Source: Akkermansiaceae bacterium (GTDB lineage: Bacteria; Verrucomicrobiota; Verrucomicrobiia; Verrucomicrobiales; Akkermansiaceae). Taken from it: 45,702 bases of DNA. The stretch lies in assembly GCA_031430055.1 (NCBI GenBank), contig JANPAU010000094.1, positions 1 to 45,702 of the forward strand, written 5' to 3'. The first letter of the stretch is position 1; every line of letters starts with the position of its first letter. The position numbers and the translations under genes were made by a program. Of the stretch, positions 35,198 through 45,397 are shown in pieces. The notes beneath the pieces are model-generated. The model was given only the letters and a program-made list of their open reading frames with translations, had not been told where the DNA came from and did not search any database.

Positions 35198-38100
35198 TCA
35201 GGGCTGCTTGACTCGGATACGGAGGAAGCGGGAACCGGGCACGACGAGCAGGCGGCGGGTGACGGTCTCGGTGAGTCCATCGGGATTGGCGACACTTTCT
35301 TCGTTGCCGACCCATGCGGTGGCAGCGGTGGCCCAGCCAGCGAGTCCTTGGGAGACTTCTACGTCATACTCCAAGCCGTGGGCTCCAAGCAGGCGGCGAT
35401 AGCGGAGGACGAGGTGAGGCGCGCCATTGAAGACCTCAATGCGGCCAGCGGGCAGGCCGTCGAAGCGGGCGAGGAATGGGTCCATGCCGAAAGCATATTC
35501 AAGGAGGTTTTCCACTCCATCGAGATCGGGATCGCCAGTTAATCCGCCGAGGGTGTTGCCTTGGATTTCCGCCAGTGAAAATCGCAGTGCCTGCCAGCGC
35601 TCGAAGCCGCCGCCGGAGGGGATGCTGATGCCGTTAGAAATGCTGCCCGTGGCGAGACCGGTGGTTAGGGCGTGGCCCTCGGGGATGGTGAAGGTGGAAA
35701 CAATCTGGCCGGTCGTGCGGTCGCGTTGCTCGAAGCGGCGAACGCCGGCGGGAAGCTGATTCGGGATGAGGGTGCCCCAGCGTCCGCTCTGGTTGGCGAC
35801 TTCGGATTGATAAAAAGGGGCGTAACTGGAATCGGTGGCGGCACCGGTAGTCTCGACCGGGGTGGCGGCGAGCGGCGGCGTCAGCCCGTTAGCGTCGGCG
35901 TAGAGGACCATGAAGTTCCGCGCGGTAGCAGTGGTGTTACCGTGGAGGGCGGAGCCTTGCGTAGCACCCGTGCCGAAGGCGAGCACTTCGGCGGATGGGG
36001 TGGTGGTGAGGAAATGGTAGGCAACGTCGCCGCCGTTGCCGTCGTTGAGCAGCAGTCGCGGCCGCACGGTGTTGCCGGGAGTGAAGCGGATGTTGCCGGT
36101 GGGTTCGATGACGAACCAGCCGGTGTGGCTGCCGTCGGCACCCGTGGTGAATTCGCCGTGGCGGACGTTAAGATCGGCGGGCAGGAAGCGCGGTGATTCC
36201 TTGGTGCGGATGAAGACCCCGGTATTCCCGGTGGCGAAGATCATATTGCCAGCGCCTTCGGTTTCGGGGGTGTCGTCGTCGGTGACGATCTGGTTGGCAT
36301 AGCGGTAGGTGGCGGAGGGTAGCAGGCCGTCGATCCGCAACAAGCTGGCGTGGGGGACCCGCAGGTTATTTTCCGGATAGGCACCTTGGATATAGGATGG
36401 GATGACCAGCCCGGCGAGTCCGGCGACGCGGGTCGCGAAGGGGAAAGTGGCAGCGGGAAGACCTGCCGTGGTGGCGGTGAGGGTGTAGAGGCCGATGGTT
36501 GGGAAAACTAGATTGTCGAAAGTGACCATGCCATTGACCGCGTTGCGAGTCAGGGTGCCGCCAAGCATTCCGGGCTGGCCGGCGATGGCGACGGTGACTG
36601 CTCCGCTGAAGGTCTCTGCGATGACCGCATTACGGCCGCGAGCGTGGACGATGACCGGCGAGGTGATCGAGCCAGCTTGGGCGGTGGCGGGTGCCACGGC
36701 GATCGCGAGTGACTCGGCGACCACTGGGCCGGCAGTGACCTGGATTTCATCGAGGCGGAGCTGAGGGCGAGAGCCGCTCGTGCCGCTCCGGAAATAGTAT
36801 TTCCAGCGCAGCTCGACCAGCGGCTGGTTGTCGGCGGCGGCGGGCAGTGAGACCGGGCCGAGTTCGGTGGAGTGGCCAGCGGTGGCGTTGCGGAGGTATT
36901 CCACGGGGGCCCCTCCGGCACCGGGAACATCGAGGAAAGCGGTGGCGTTGCCGATGCGGTATTGCAGGCGGATGCCACAGTCGCGGGTGTTCGGCAAGAC
37001 GGTGCCGCCAGTCCAGCGGACACGGATGTCCTGGGTGCCGCGGGTATCCAGCGCGAGTACGGCAGCGCCGACGAAGCCGGCACCGGGGGTGGCCTGGGGG
37101 CTACCGGTGTTGATAAAGCCGATGCCGGATAGGCCAAGGCCATTGATACGACTGTTGGTTGTGAGATTAAAGGGAAGCGTCCAGGGAGAATCCATCGGCG
37201 TGGAGAGAGCTGGGTCGAGTAGGTCGGTCTGGAAAAAGCGCATGCTCGGTGGGGCGGTGCCGGCGGATTCGGCGGCATTCCACAGCGTCATGGCGTAAGG
37301 GCCTGCGGTGGCGAGTGGGTGGGTGACTTGGAAATCTGCGGCGGTGAGGGCGCTCCAGGTGCTGCCGGAGAGCAGGCGGGCTTTGACGGTGATATTGCCG
37401 TTGAGGACGATCGACGGGACTGAGGTTTGGTTCAGCGAGAGGTCAAGCCGCAGGTCGTTGCTGATGGCTGAAATCTGGTGGATTTCCACGGCGATGACGT
37501 TATTGCCAGTGACCAGGAGGTTGGTCGGAATGGTGAAGTTATCGACGATGAGCTTGTCGTTTCCGCCGATGGTGGTGGAGGCCAGCGTGGTGTAGTCGAT
37601 GGTGCCGGAAGGCATGTTCGAGCGGACGACCTCGGTGCCGTTGAGGTAGATGACCGCGCCGTCATCGCGCGCCAGTCCAAGGGTCAGGCCGGTGACGGTG
37701 GCGGGGTTGGCGACGTTGAAGGACTTGCGGAAATAGGTGGTCGGATATTTAGCCGAAGCAGAGGGGCCGAAGCTGATGTTCGCGGTTTCACCGGTGGTGC
37801 CGTAGCCGAGTGGCGCGTTGCCGGACGCCCAGAGGCTGTCGTCGTAAGCGGGGGAAAACCAGTTGGCGGCGGGCAGTGAGCCGATGTCTCGGAAGCGCCA
37901 ACTGGAGCCGAAGGGGATGAAGGTGGAGGAGGTGGCGACGGCGGTCAGGGCCGCAGGGGAGATATTTCCGCCAGCGAGGCGGGGGTCTGAGCCGTCGAGC
38001 GTGTAGTAAATGGTGCCGGCGCTGGCGCTGAAGCTGAGGCTGTGCCCCTTCGGCACACTGCCGCCGTGTTGACCGAAGACTGGGGCGTCGATGGAGGGAT

Positions 38101-41100
38101 AAAAGGCGCGGTTGCGCAGCATCGTGAAGAGATTCGAGGTGCGCAGTGGAAAGAGTCCGGTGCGAATGGTTTGGGCGGCGCTTTCCCAGTTAGTCGGGGT
38201 GCGGAAGCCCCAGCGGGCGCACTCGGCGATCAGGCTATTCTGCACTTCCTTCATGCGGGCGTTGAGACGGGCGAGGTTTCGGTTAGGGGTGAGTGCGCCA
38301 TTGTTGAAAAAGTGACGGTGGATGCGGTCGGCGAGCAGGATTTTGAAATCGGGATGGCCTTCGGTGACGAGCGCCCCGAACAGTCCGCCGGGGCCGCTGT
38401 TGGCGGTGCGATCGAGCGTCAGCGCGGAGGTGCGGAGGAAACCGTCGGCATCGGCCAGCCAGAACTTGAAGCCGCTGCCGGGATTGATCGGCCCAGCGCA
38501 GCGGAATTCGCCTTCGCTATCGCCGTAAAACCAGACCAGCATGAAGTCGATGAGGTGAGTGACATCGAGCTGGCTTTTGACCGCAACGTAGGAATTCCGG
38601 TTGGCGCGGACGGTCTCCCACGGTGCACGGTGCACGGGGTCTGGGGTACCGTTGACGAAGTCATCGCCGGAGTTGTCGTTGCCGCGGACGACCATGTAGT
38701 CGCTGTCCGACCCGCCGAGGTAGCCGGCGAGGGAGTCGTCATCAAGTCGTTCGTGGGCGTTGTATTGACCCCAGTAGGTGCCGTTGACGTAAACATGGAC
38801 GAATCGGCCATGGGGGTTGAGGCTGCCCATTTCGAGCATGGTGTCCTCAGCAAAGCGGTTAGCCATGTAGAAGCCGCGATCCACCATGTCGTGGTTACCG
38901 GCGGTCAGGTCGAGGGTGTCGATTTTATCAAGCGCGACCATTCCCCTATCGAAGCCGCGAAATAAGGGGGAATCGAGCTTACCCGCTCCATATTCGGAAC
39001 GGAAGTTCACGCGATAGCTCTTCTTGGCGAAGTTGGTATACGAGCCGCCGAAGCGGGTGAGTCCGGCATTGACCTGAAGCGGCGTTGAGCCGTCGGGTAG
39101 CATCACTTCGATCGAGGCGGGGCGCTCGTTGTAGTTGTCAGGTAGGACGGGAACGCTGAGACAGATGGTGGGGATTTGGGTCAGGCTGTCGCGGAGTCGG
39201 GTGGCGAGGGAGCCTTGGGTGTAGGTGGCATTCATGAGTGGCGAGCTCATCACGCTGTCGCGAAAGACAAAGGTGTGGGTCTCCGATGGCGGAGCATGGT
39301 AGCCGCTGCGGCGGACGGCGGCGCGCACGCTCAGGCTGCCGCTGACTGCGATGGGGCCGGTGTATGGGATGGCGGGTTCTGAGCCATCGAGCGAGTAGAG
39401 TAACTCCGCAGCGGGATCGGGTTGGCTGAGGGTTAGCGAGAAGGCGCTATCGCGGAAACCGCGACTGTGGCTGAAGACCGGCGCTTGCAGCCAACCGGAG
39501 AGCGGGGTGGTGAGGTTGTAGTCGCGTGGCGTGGGAGAGAGGAAGCCAAGCGTGCCGTCGATGGCGCGGCCGTAGGCGAGGTCGTCACACTGGGCGGGGT
39601 AGTTGAGGATGGAATCGAGGATGCTCCCGTTTGGCGCGGCGAGGACCACAGATTCGCTGCTGGAGGAGAGGCTAAAGCTCGCGTGGAGGTTGCCGGCGGG
39701 ATCGAGCGAAGTTGCATTACCCGAAGCGAAGACGATGAGGTGGCCGTGGGCGGGAATGACGCTGCCAGCAGGGAACAACCACTTGAGCGGAGTGGCCGCC
39801 GTGTCACTGAGGCCGTAGCCGTTGAGATCGATCGCTGTGGCATTGGGGTTGTGGAGTTCGATCCAGTCCGGGTTTTGGCCGTAGCCATCGTCGAGCGAAG
39901 AGCTGTTAGATGCGGTAAATTCGCTGATCCGTAGCGGCAGGAGTTGACCATTGACTACTACAGTGACCGCGCGGATGACCGATCCGCCGTGGTTTTTCCC
40001 GACAAGCACGTATTCCGTGGTGACAGCGGGCGAGACGACTTGCGAGCCGCTGCCCTGAGTGTCGACCGAAGCGCCGACTGAACCGAAGCCGGGATAGAGC
40101 GAAAGTTCGCGAAGGTCCTGCTCCTGCCAAGTGAGGGTGGATGATTGGCCCGCAGTGATCTGTGAGGGGATGGCCGAGAGGCCGATGATGCCGCTCTCGG
40201 TTAAGGGGAGGCCGAAGGCCTGGACTTCGCGCAGGCGGAGCCACCACTCGACGTCACCGGAGGAGGAGGTGCGCTCCTTGTTTTCGAGGCCGATCCTGAC
40301 GTAGCGGGCGGCGACCGGACCGGGCAGGGCAATGTCGAAAGTGGCGGAGGTGCCGCTGAGGTGCTGGGAGAAAACCGAGTTGTGATTTTCATCAAAAAGT
40401 CGGACGGTCGCATGAGTCATCCGGCGCTGGTGATCGCCGCTGTCGAAGGCGACTACGCGGATGCTGTGAAGCGCGCGCAATTGGCCGAGGTCAGTCTCCC
40501 AGTAGCCATCGACGGTAAGGGAAGTGGTCTCGGTGAAGGTGGCGTGGTTGCCGTCATTGGCGAGCGAGGGGGAGGGTAATCCATCATGCAGACGCACCAT
40601 GTAAGCGGGGGTGCCGAGGGCGTAGTTGGTGCCGGTGAGAATCGTGACGCCCGCGAGCGAGATGACGCGGTCGCCGTAGCCGTTGAGGGCGCCGTTTTCG
40701 AGACCGACGCGGAGGTAGCGGGCATCGGCAGTGCCGGGAGGAATGTCGAAGCCCCAAGTGCCGCCAGCCCCGGGATGGGAGACGGTGGTGGTGGCGAGAG
40801 TGTTCGAGTTGCCGTCGAGCAGGCGCACTGTGAGGCCAGCAAGGCGTAGGGAAAACGCGGAGTCCGGCGCGACCAGCTCGACCCGGCGGACAGGGCGGGC
40901 ACGGTCGAGGGTCAGCAGCCAATGACTGTTCATGAGGTTCTGGGTCTCACTAACGGTCGAGGCGTTACTATCGATCGCGAAAGCGGCGGTGTTGCTGCCA
41001 GTGGTGGAGGACTGGGAGGCCGTGGCGCCGGTGGCAAGGCTGAGCGGGCCAACTGCGGGTGAGGGATCGCCAAGGACCCGCCAGTCAGCGAGGGCGATGC

Positions 41101-42604
41101 GGTTGTCGCCGAGACCATTGGTCTGGCCGGCGGGGAGATCGAGGCGGAGCAAGCGGGCATCGATACCGGGCGGCAGGAAGACCACAAAGGTGCCGCCGGG
41201 TTCAACCGATGTGATGATGGTTTCGTAGAGCAATTGGTCGCGCAACCCATAGACACGGAGACGGGTGCCATTAAGGATGCCTGCGTAGGCGGCACCAGTA
41301 GGGGCGACGAGGTCGATACGGCTGGCGTGGACGTAGCGGTTGAGTTCGAGTTCCAGGAAGGAGCCGGGGGTGTTGGCGGTTGCGACGAAGGTTGCGGGAT
41401 TGTTGTCGATGACTTGCGGCGCGGCGGTCGCGATTGAGGGTAAATCGAGCGGCAGATGGGGCGGCATGGTCGCCGGATCGGCGGTGTCGAAGGTCCAGGT
41501 GCGGGTCGAACTGCGGCCTGCTTGGTCAGTGGCCTCGGCGCGGACGGTATAATAACGGTTGGATTGAAACACGGTGGACGAGGTGACAGTCCGGCTTGTT
41601 GGACTGCCGCTAATGCTCAAGGTGGAGCTGATGTTCACTCCATTGAGGAAAAGCTGGATGTCACCCTCGGCGAGGGTATTTGGGGCGACGGTGCCGACAG
41701 TGAAACCGAGGCCGCCGTTGACGGGTTGGAAGGTGCTGCCGCTGGCCGGCGTGAGGGAACTGAATGACGGCACCCGGTCGGGCGGGGCGACGACGAGAGC
41801 GAGGGGATCGGTGCCTGCGGCGAGGGCGGTGATGTGGGCGGGTTCGAGGGCAGTGGTGAAAATTGCAAAATCATCGACCTTGCCCTTCATCGGGCTGAAC
41901 GGAGAGTTGAGCGGTTGGCCGAAGAGGACTTCAGTCCAGTCGCCAGTGAGCGCAGCGACTCCGGTGCTTTGGGAGGCGACGAGCTGACCGTTGATCCAGA
42001 GTTCCTTAGTCGCCCCGCTTTTGATCAGAGCGATGTGATTCCACTGCTGCCAGTTGAGGCCGGGCACCGAGCTGCTGGCGAGGGTTAGCCGCTGGGCCGG
42101 GCTCTCACAGCAGCCGGAGTGGTCGAAGTAAACAGTCTCGTCGCCCCAAGGAACGTGAGCTTGCAAGCCGCGGTTGCCGGAGGCGGCAGAACGGAACCAG
42201 ACGGTCGAGGAATTGGCGATCGCGCTGTCCCAGCGTTGCCAGAAAACGACGCTAAGTTGGTCGCCGGAGAGGTTGCGGTTGTTGAGCAGTGCCAAGAAAG
42301 CGGCGTCGGTGATGCGGGCGGAGCTGCCGCCGGCGGTGCCGAAATTCATCGCGCGGTCGCCAGCCAAGCCGCTGCGCCCGGCGGCGTCCGCGCTGTAAGC
42401 GGTGTTACCTTCGAAAAGGATGGGGCTATTGGTGAGGAGGTCGGCGGACTGGGTGGGCGACGCGGTGCTGTCGAAATCCCAGATGCCGAGGGCGTCGGCG
42501 GGATCAATCGCTGAGAAGGTCTCACCCGGCAACCGGGCGATCGCTGCGAGGACAAGTAGGAAGCTGACTAGAGTTTTGCGGACCGATGAATGGGGAAATT
42601 TCAC
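35198..42604 (-). CDS. Giant secreted multidomain protein: LamG, discoidin/F5-8-like repeats, lamin-tail domain, CotH-like kinase and C-terminal putative sorting domain
   Basis: QWNHIA...WINGQ...GKVDDFAIF (LamG); three lectin-like repeats; ISEFTASN...DWIELHN (LTD); YSLDGSEP/YTLDGSDP; KKSYRVNF...VYVNGTYWGQYNAHER (CotH). GTG 42604 gives a signal peptide; the ORF track extends to TTG 42661. Confidence 0.88.
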   Translation of the reverse strand: MKFPHSSVRKTLVSFLLVLAAIARLPGETFSAIDPADALGIWDFDSTASPTQSADLLTNSPILFEGNTAYSADAAGRSGLAGDRAMNFGTAGGSSARITDAAFLALLNNRNLSGDQLSVVFWQRWDSAIANSSTVWFRSAASGNRGLQAHVPWGDETVYFDHSGCCESPAQRLTLASSSVPGLNWQQWNHIALIKSGATKELWINGQLVASQSTGVAALTGDWTEVLFGQPLNSPFSPMKGKVDDFAIFTTALEPAHITALAAGTDPLALVVAPPDRVPSFSSLTPASGSTFQPVNGGLGFTVGTVAPNTLAEGDIQLFLNGVNISSTLSISGSPTSRTVTSSTVFQSNRYYTVRAEATDQAGRSSTRTWTFDTADPATMPPHLPLDLPSIATAAPQVIDNNPATFVATANTPGSFLELELNRYVHASRIDLVAPTGAAYAGILNGTRLRVYGLRDQLLYETIITSVEPGGTFVVFLPPGIDARLLRLDLPAGQTNGLGDNRIALADWRVLGDPSPAVGPLSLATGATASQSSTTGSNTAAFAIDSNASTVSETQNLMNSHWLLTLDRARPVRRVELVAPDSAFSLRLAGLTVRLLDGNSNTLATTTVSHPGAGGTWGFDIPPGTADARYLRVGLENGALNGYGDRVISLAGVTILTGTNYALGTPAYMVRLHDGLPSPSLANDGNHATFTETTSLTVDGYWETDLGQLRALHSIRVVAFDSGDHQRRMTHATVRLFDENHNSVFSQHLSGTSATFDIALPGPVAARYVRIGLENKERTSSSGDVEWWLRLREVQAFGLPLTESGIIGLSAIPSQITAGQSSTLTWQEQDLRELSLYPGFGSVGASVDTQGSGSQVVSPAVTTEYVLVGKNHGGSVIRAVTVVVNGQLLPLRISEFTASNSSSLDDGYGQNPDWIELHNPNATAIDLNGYGLSDTAATPLKWLFPAGSVIPAHGHLIVFASGNATSLDPAGNLHASFSLSSSSESVVLAAPNGSILDSILNYPAQCDDLAYGRAIDGTLGFLSPTPRDYNLTTPLSGWLQAPVFSHSRGFRDSAFSLTLSQPDPAAELLYSLDGSEPAIPYTGPIAVSGSLSVRAAVRRSGYHAPPSETHTFVFRDSVMSSPLMNATYTQGSLATRLRDSLTQIPTICLSVPVLPDNYNERPASIEVMLPDGSTPLQVNAGLTRFGGSYTNFAKKSYRVNFRSEYGAGKLDSPLFRGFDRGMVALDKIDTLDLTAGNHDMVDRGFYMANRFAEDTMLEMGSLNPHGRFVHVYVNGTYWGQYNAHERLDDDSLAGYLGGSDSDYMVVRGNDNSGDDFVNGTPDPVHRAPWETVRANRNSYVAVKSQLDVTHLIDFMLVWFYGDSEGEFRCAGPINPGSGFKFWLADADGFLRTSALTLDRTANSGPGGLFGALVTEGHPDFKILLADRIHRHFFNNGALTPNRNLARLNARMKEVQNSLIAECARWGFRTPTNWESAAQTIRTGLFPLRTSNLFTMLRNRAFYPSIDAPVFGQHGGSVPKGHSLSFSASAGTIYYTLDGSDPRLAGGNISPAALTAVATSSTFIPFGSSWRFRDIGSLPAANWFSPAYDDSLWASGNAPLGYGTTGETANISFGPSASAKYPTTYFRKSFNVANPATVTGLTLGLARDDGAVIYLNGTEVVRSNMPSGTIDYTTLASTTIGGNDKLIVDNFTIPTNLLVTGNNVIAVEIHQISAISNDLRLDLSLNQTSVPSIVLNGNITVKARLLSGSTWSALTAADFQVTHPLATAGPYAMTLWNAAESAGTAPPSMRFFQTDLLDPALSTPMDSPWTLPFNLTTNSRINGLGLSGIGFINTGSPQATPGAGFVGAAVLALDTRGTQDIRVRWTGGTVLPNTRDCGIRLQYRIGNATAFLDVPGAGGAPVEYLRNATAGHSTELGPVSLPAAADNQPLVELRWKYYFRSGTSGSRPQLRLDEIQVTAGPVVAESLAIAVAPATAQAGSITSPVIVHARGRNAVIAETFSGAVTVAIAGQPGMLGGTLTRNAVNGMVTFDNLVFPTIGLYTLTATTAGLPAATFPFATRVAGLAGLVIPSYIQGAYPENNLRVPHASLLRIDGLLPSATYRYANQIVTDDDTPETEGAGNMIFATGNTGVFIRTKESPRFLPADLNVRHGEFTTGADGSHTGWFVIEPTGNIRFTPGNTVRPRLLLNDGNGGDVAYHFLTTTPSAEVLAFGTGATQGSALHGNTTATARNFMVLYADANGLTPPLAATPVETTGAATDSSYAPFYQSEVANQSGRWGTLIPNQLPAGVRRFEQRDRTTGQIVSTFTIPEGHALTTGLATGSISNGISIPSGGGFERWQALRFSLAEIQGNTLGGLTGDPDLDGVENLLEYAFGMDPFLARFDGLPAGRIEVFNGAPHLVLRYRRLLGAHGLEYDVEVSQGLAGWATAATAWVGNEESVANPDGLTETVTRRLLVVPGSRFLRIRVKQP

Positions 42605-42779
42605 GTATGCGGAGGGGGCGGGGGTTTGAGAACGCGGCAGAGTCTGATGTTGAATCGTCAAAAAAAGAAAAACGAGAGGCGCGCAGAACGCGACTGGGCG
42701 GAATAATGGGTAATGAAATAATTTCGTCCGCTAGTGGAAAATAAACAGTATTCGTTAAGTTGCCAAGGAGGGATATCTG

Positions 42780-43562
42780 TTAAGTGGGAAGGATTTGCAG
42801 CAGCCCAGTGGCTGGACGCAGCGGGAAGATCTTCACATCCACCGGCGCGGCGACGAGCATGGAAGGCGGTGGTTCTGCGGGTTCGGGAAATCCATTGAGC
42901 CGCAGTGGCTCGGTGGACCAGCGGGTGCAGTTGGTTTGGGCGATCTGATAGGGCGTGTGGTGGACGCGACCGCAGAAGAGATCACCCGCAGGGTTTGAAG
43001 AAAATAGGAGGTAGCGTTCGACGAGAAACCATTCGAGCGATCCCAGTTCGGCGGGACGGGTCGCCGATGGAGTTTCATATTCAAACGCGGCCTCCTGCGC
43101 GCCGGAGGATTTTCTCCGGCTTTGATACTGGATGCTAACTCCAGATTTCACGCTGCCCATCGCAGCATGTTCGTAAGGCAAATGAAATCCGCGGCGGGCG
43201 ATTTCCACGGCGATGGGTTGGTTACAATCTAGCGAGAAAAACCAAACACCGGGATTCCCCTGTGCGTCATGCACGTAGGTGCGGACGTTCAGCTCGTGAA
43301 ACCACGAGAGCCATGGCACCGGCGGCAGACAGGTGGGGCGGACGCGTTCCATGAAAAAGGGAACCACACCGAGCCAAGCATTTCCCTCATAAGTATCGAC
43401 ATACAAACCTGAGGGCAGGCGTTCTTGGATGAGTGCGGGATGGATAGGCCAGTGCAGAAATAACAGCCCAGCCCAGCGCTGACGCATGACAGGAAAGCCG
43501 GGTGGGCGCTCGGTTGCGGCGAGGCGCCGCTCCAATGAAGGTAGCATGGCGGAGAGTGGCAC
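42780..43562 (-). CDS. YqjF / DUF2071 family protein
   Basis: MRQRWAGLLFLHW, WLGVVPF, ELNVRTYV, GVWFFSLD, FLVERY; true start possibly a downstream ATG. Confidence 0.92.
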   Translation of the reverse strand: MPLSAMLPSLERRLAATERPPGFPVMRQRWAGLLFLHWPIHPALIQERLPSGLYVDTYEGNAWLGVVPFFMERVRPTCLPPVPWLSWFHELNVRTYVHDAQGNPGVWFFSLDCNQPIAVEIARRGFHLPYEHAAMGSVKSGVSIQYQSRRKSSGAQEAAFEYETPSATRPAELGSLEWFLVERYLLFSSNPAGDLFCGRVHHTPYQIAQTNCTRWSTEPLRLNGFPEPAEPPPSMLVAAPVDVKIFPLRPATGLLQILPT

Positions 43563-43581
43563 GGATTTCCTACCGCGCAGG

Positions 43582-44223
43582 CTATTTCACCAGCTGGCCT
43601 TCGAGCATTTTCCAGACGTTTTCCGCGATGATTTGCTGGCCCTCGGCGGTGGGATGGATGCGGTCGGGCTGGTTAAGCTTTTCGTCGCCACCCACTCCGG
43701 CGAGCAGGTAATCCACCAGCACCACTTTTTTCTCCCCGGCGACTTCCGGGAATACCGCTTTGAACTCGGCCGTAAAGGCGATCCCCAAATTCTCCGGCAT
43801 CTGCATGCCCGCCACGATCACCTTGATTGTAGGATTCTTCACACGGGCCTTGTCGATGATGGCCGCGAGATTTTTCGAAATCTGGGCGGGAGAAATCCCG
43901 CGCAGCCCGTCATTTCCGCCGAGCGCGACGACCAACACGTCCGCGCCCTCACTGCCGAGCGCCCAGTCGATCCGGCGCAATCCACCGGAAGTCGTATCTC
44001 CGCTGACACCAGCATTTTTCACCGTGTAGGGAAGTGAGGCGGCATCGATCTTCTTCTGTAACAGCGCGGGATACGCCTGCCCAGGGTCCAGCCCGTAGCC
44101 GGCGGTGATGCTGTCGCCAAGGATCAGTATGCGCTTTTTTCCGGCGTTTGCATTCCCCGCGTCTTGGGCGAATAGTGCGCCGCCTGTCAAAAGCACGAGG
44201 CCTAACTTCAGTAAATTTCGCAT
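43582..44223 (-). CDS. tesA: SGNH/GDSL arylesterase/thioesterase
   Basis: Signal peptide, GDSITAGYG, NAGVSGDTT, LGGNDGLRG, DRIHP; ATG at 44223. Confidence 0.93.
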   Translation of the reverse strand: MRNLLKLGLVLLTGGALFAQDAGNANAGKKRILILGDSITAGYGLDPGQAYPALLQKKIDAASLPYTVKNAGVSGDTTSGGLRRIDWALGSEGADVLVVALGGNDGLRGISPAQISKNLAAIIDKARVKNPTIKVIVAGMQMPENLGIAFTAEFKAVFPEVAGEKKVVLVDYLLAGVGGDEKLNQPDRIHPTAEGQQIIAENVWKMLEGQLVK

Positions 44224-44971
44224 GCCCGCCAACCTAGAACCATCGCCGGAAGCTGTCAAACGACCCATCCTCGAAATCATCGGGTTGAAAAAAACCCACC
44301 GCACCGCCAGCCATGAACTGACGGTGCTCCACAGCGTGAACCTGAGCCTCCTGGCGGGCGACACCTGCGCGATCATCGGCCCGTCCGGCAGCGGAAAAAC
44401 CACCCTGCTAGGTCTCTGCGCCGGACTGGACGACGCGACGGACGGCTCGGTAAAACTCGACGGCCAGGCGCTCGAATCCCTCAGCCAGGACCAGCGCGCC
44501 GCTCTTCGAAATAGGCTGGTGGGCTTCGTTTTCCAGAGTTTCCAACTCATCCCCACGCTCACCGCCATCGAAAACGTGCTCGTCCCGCTCGAACTTCGCG
44601 GCGAGACCCGCCGGGAAAAGGACGCCGCCGAGCTACTCGCACAAGTCGGCCTAGGCGACCGCCTCGACCACTATCCGCTCCAGCTCTCCGGCGGCGAGCA
44701 GCAGCGCGTCGCCCTCGCCCGGGCCTTCATCCACCGCCCGAAAATCCTCTTCGCCGACGAGCCGACCGGCAACCTCGACGCCGAGACCAGCGGCCCGATC
44801 GTGGAAATGCTCTTCCGCCTCAACCGCGAGGCCGGCACCGCGCTGGTGCTCGTCACCCACGATCCCGCCCTCGCCGCCAAGGCCCGGCGGGTCGTGAAAA
44901 TGAGCGGGGGAACCATCATCGCGGAGGAGGAGCGTCCTTCCGTTTCTCCAACCGCTTCACTTGCTCGATAG
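44222..44971 (+). CDS. ABC transporter ATP-binding protein (YbbA/LolD-like)
   Basis: GPSGSGKTT, VFQSFQL, LSGGEQQRVALARA, ADEPTGNLD, VTHD; divergent from tesA. Confidence 0.92.
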   Translation: MPANLEPSPEAVKRPILEIIGLKKTHRTASHELTVLHSVNLSLLAGDTCAIIGPSGSGKTTLLGLCAGLDDATDGSVKLDGQALESLSQDQRAALRNRLVGFVFQSFQLIPTLTAIENVLVPLELRGETRREKDAAELLAQVGLGDRLDHYPLQLSGGEQQRVALARAFIHRPKILFADEPTGNLDAETSGPIVEMLFRLNREAGTALVLVTHDPALAAKARRVVKMSGGTIIAEEERPSVSPTASLAR

Positions 44972-45034
44972 CAAGGCGTAGACGCCGACGGCGATGGGGT
45001 TGGCTTTGGGACCACGGCGGATTTTTGCACGGGG

Positions 45035-45397
45035 TCAGTTGCGGCGGGCGGTGATGGTGGCGAAGGCGAGGCGGTAGTTGAACGGGTTCATGGCGTCGTG
45101 GCCGTCCTTGAAGGTCGATTGCCAGAGGTTTTTACGATGGCGTCTCCAATGGCAGAAAATACCCACGGCACTGCGGCGAAGGACGCCTAACACAAGGATG
45201 GCATTGCGGTTGCGCACGCGGCTGGCATCTCCGCCGCCTTGATTGGGATGGATTTGTATCGGCCTTGGAATACATGACTTCGCCTCAACCGCCGCCGGTT
45301 CCAGCCCTGACTGAAACTCCCAAGAAGCAGTTTCATCCCCACGGGCTATCAAGTGGTAAACCGCCCCCGGATGCTGGTATCGAATCACGCGAGGCAT
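45035..45397 (-). pseudogene. Degenerate transposase remnants (Y1/REP-associated tyrosine transposase N-terminus and an ISAs1-like C-terminus)
   Basis: MPRVIRYQHPGAVYHLIARGD typical of Y1/RAYT starts, with no HUH motif following; DASRVRNRNAILVLGVLRR resembles ISAs1 C-termini. Confidence 0.6.

Noticed and set aside
35139-42629. Many plus-strand ORFs, including the 307-aa ORF at 38042-38965
   Set aside because: GC-rich antisense shadows of the giant gene
44105-44568. Long extensions of the tesA and ABC ATPase ORFs
   Set aside because: Each is the antisense of the other gene; the signal peptide and domain boundaries point to starts at 44223 and 44222
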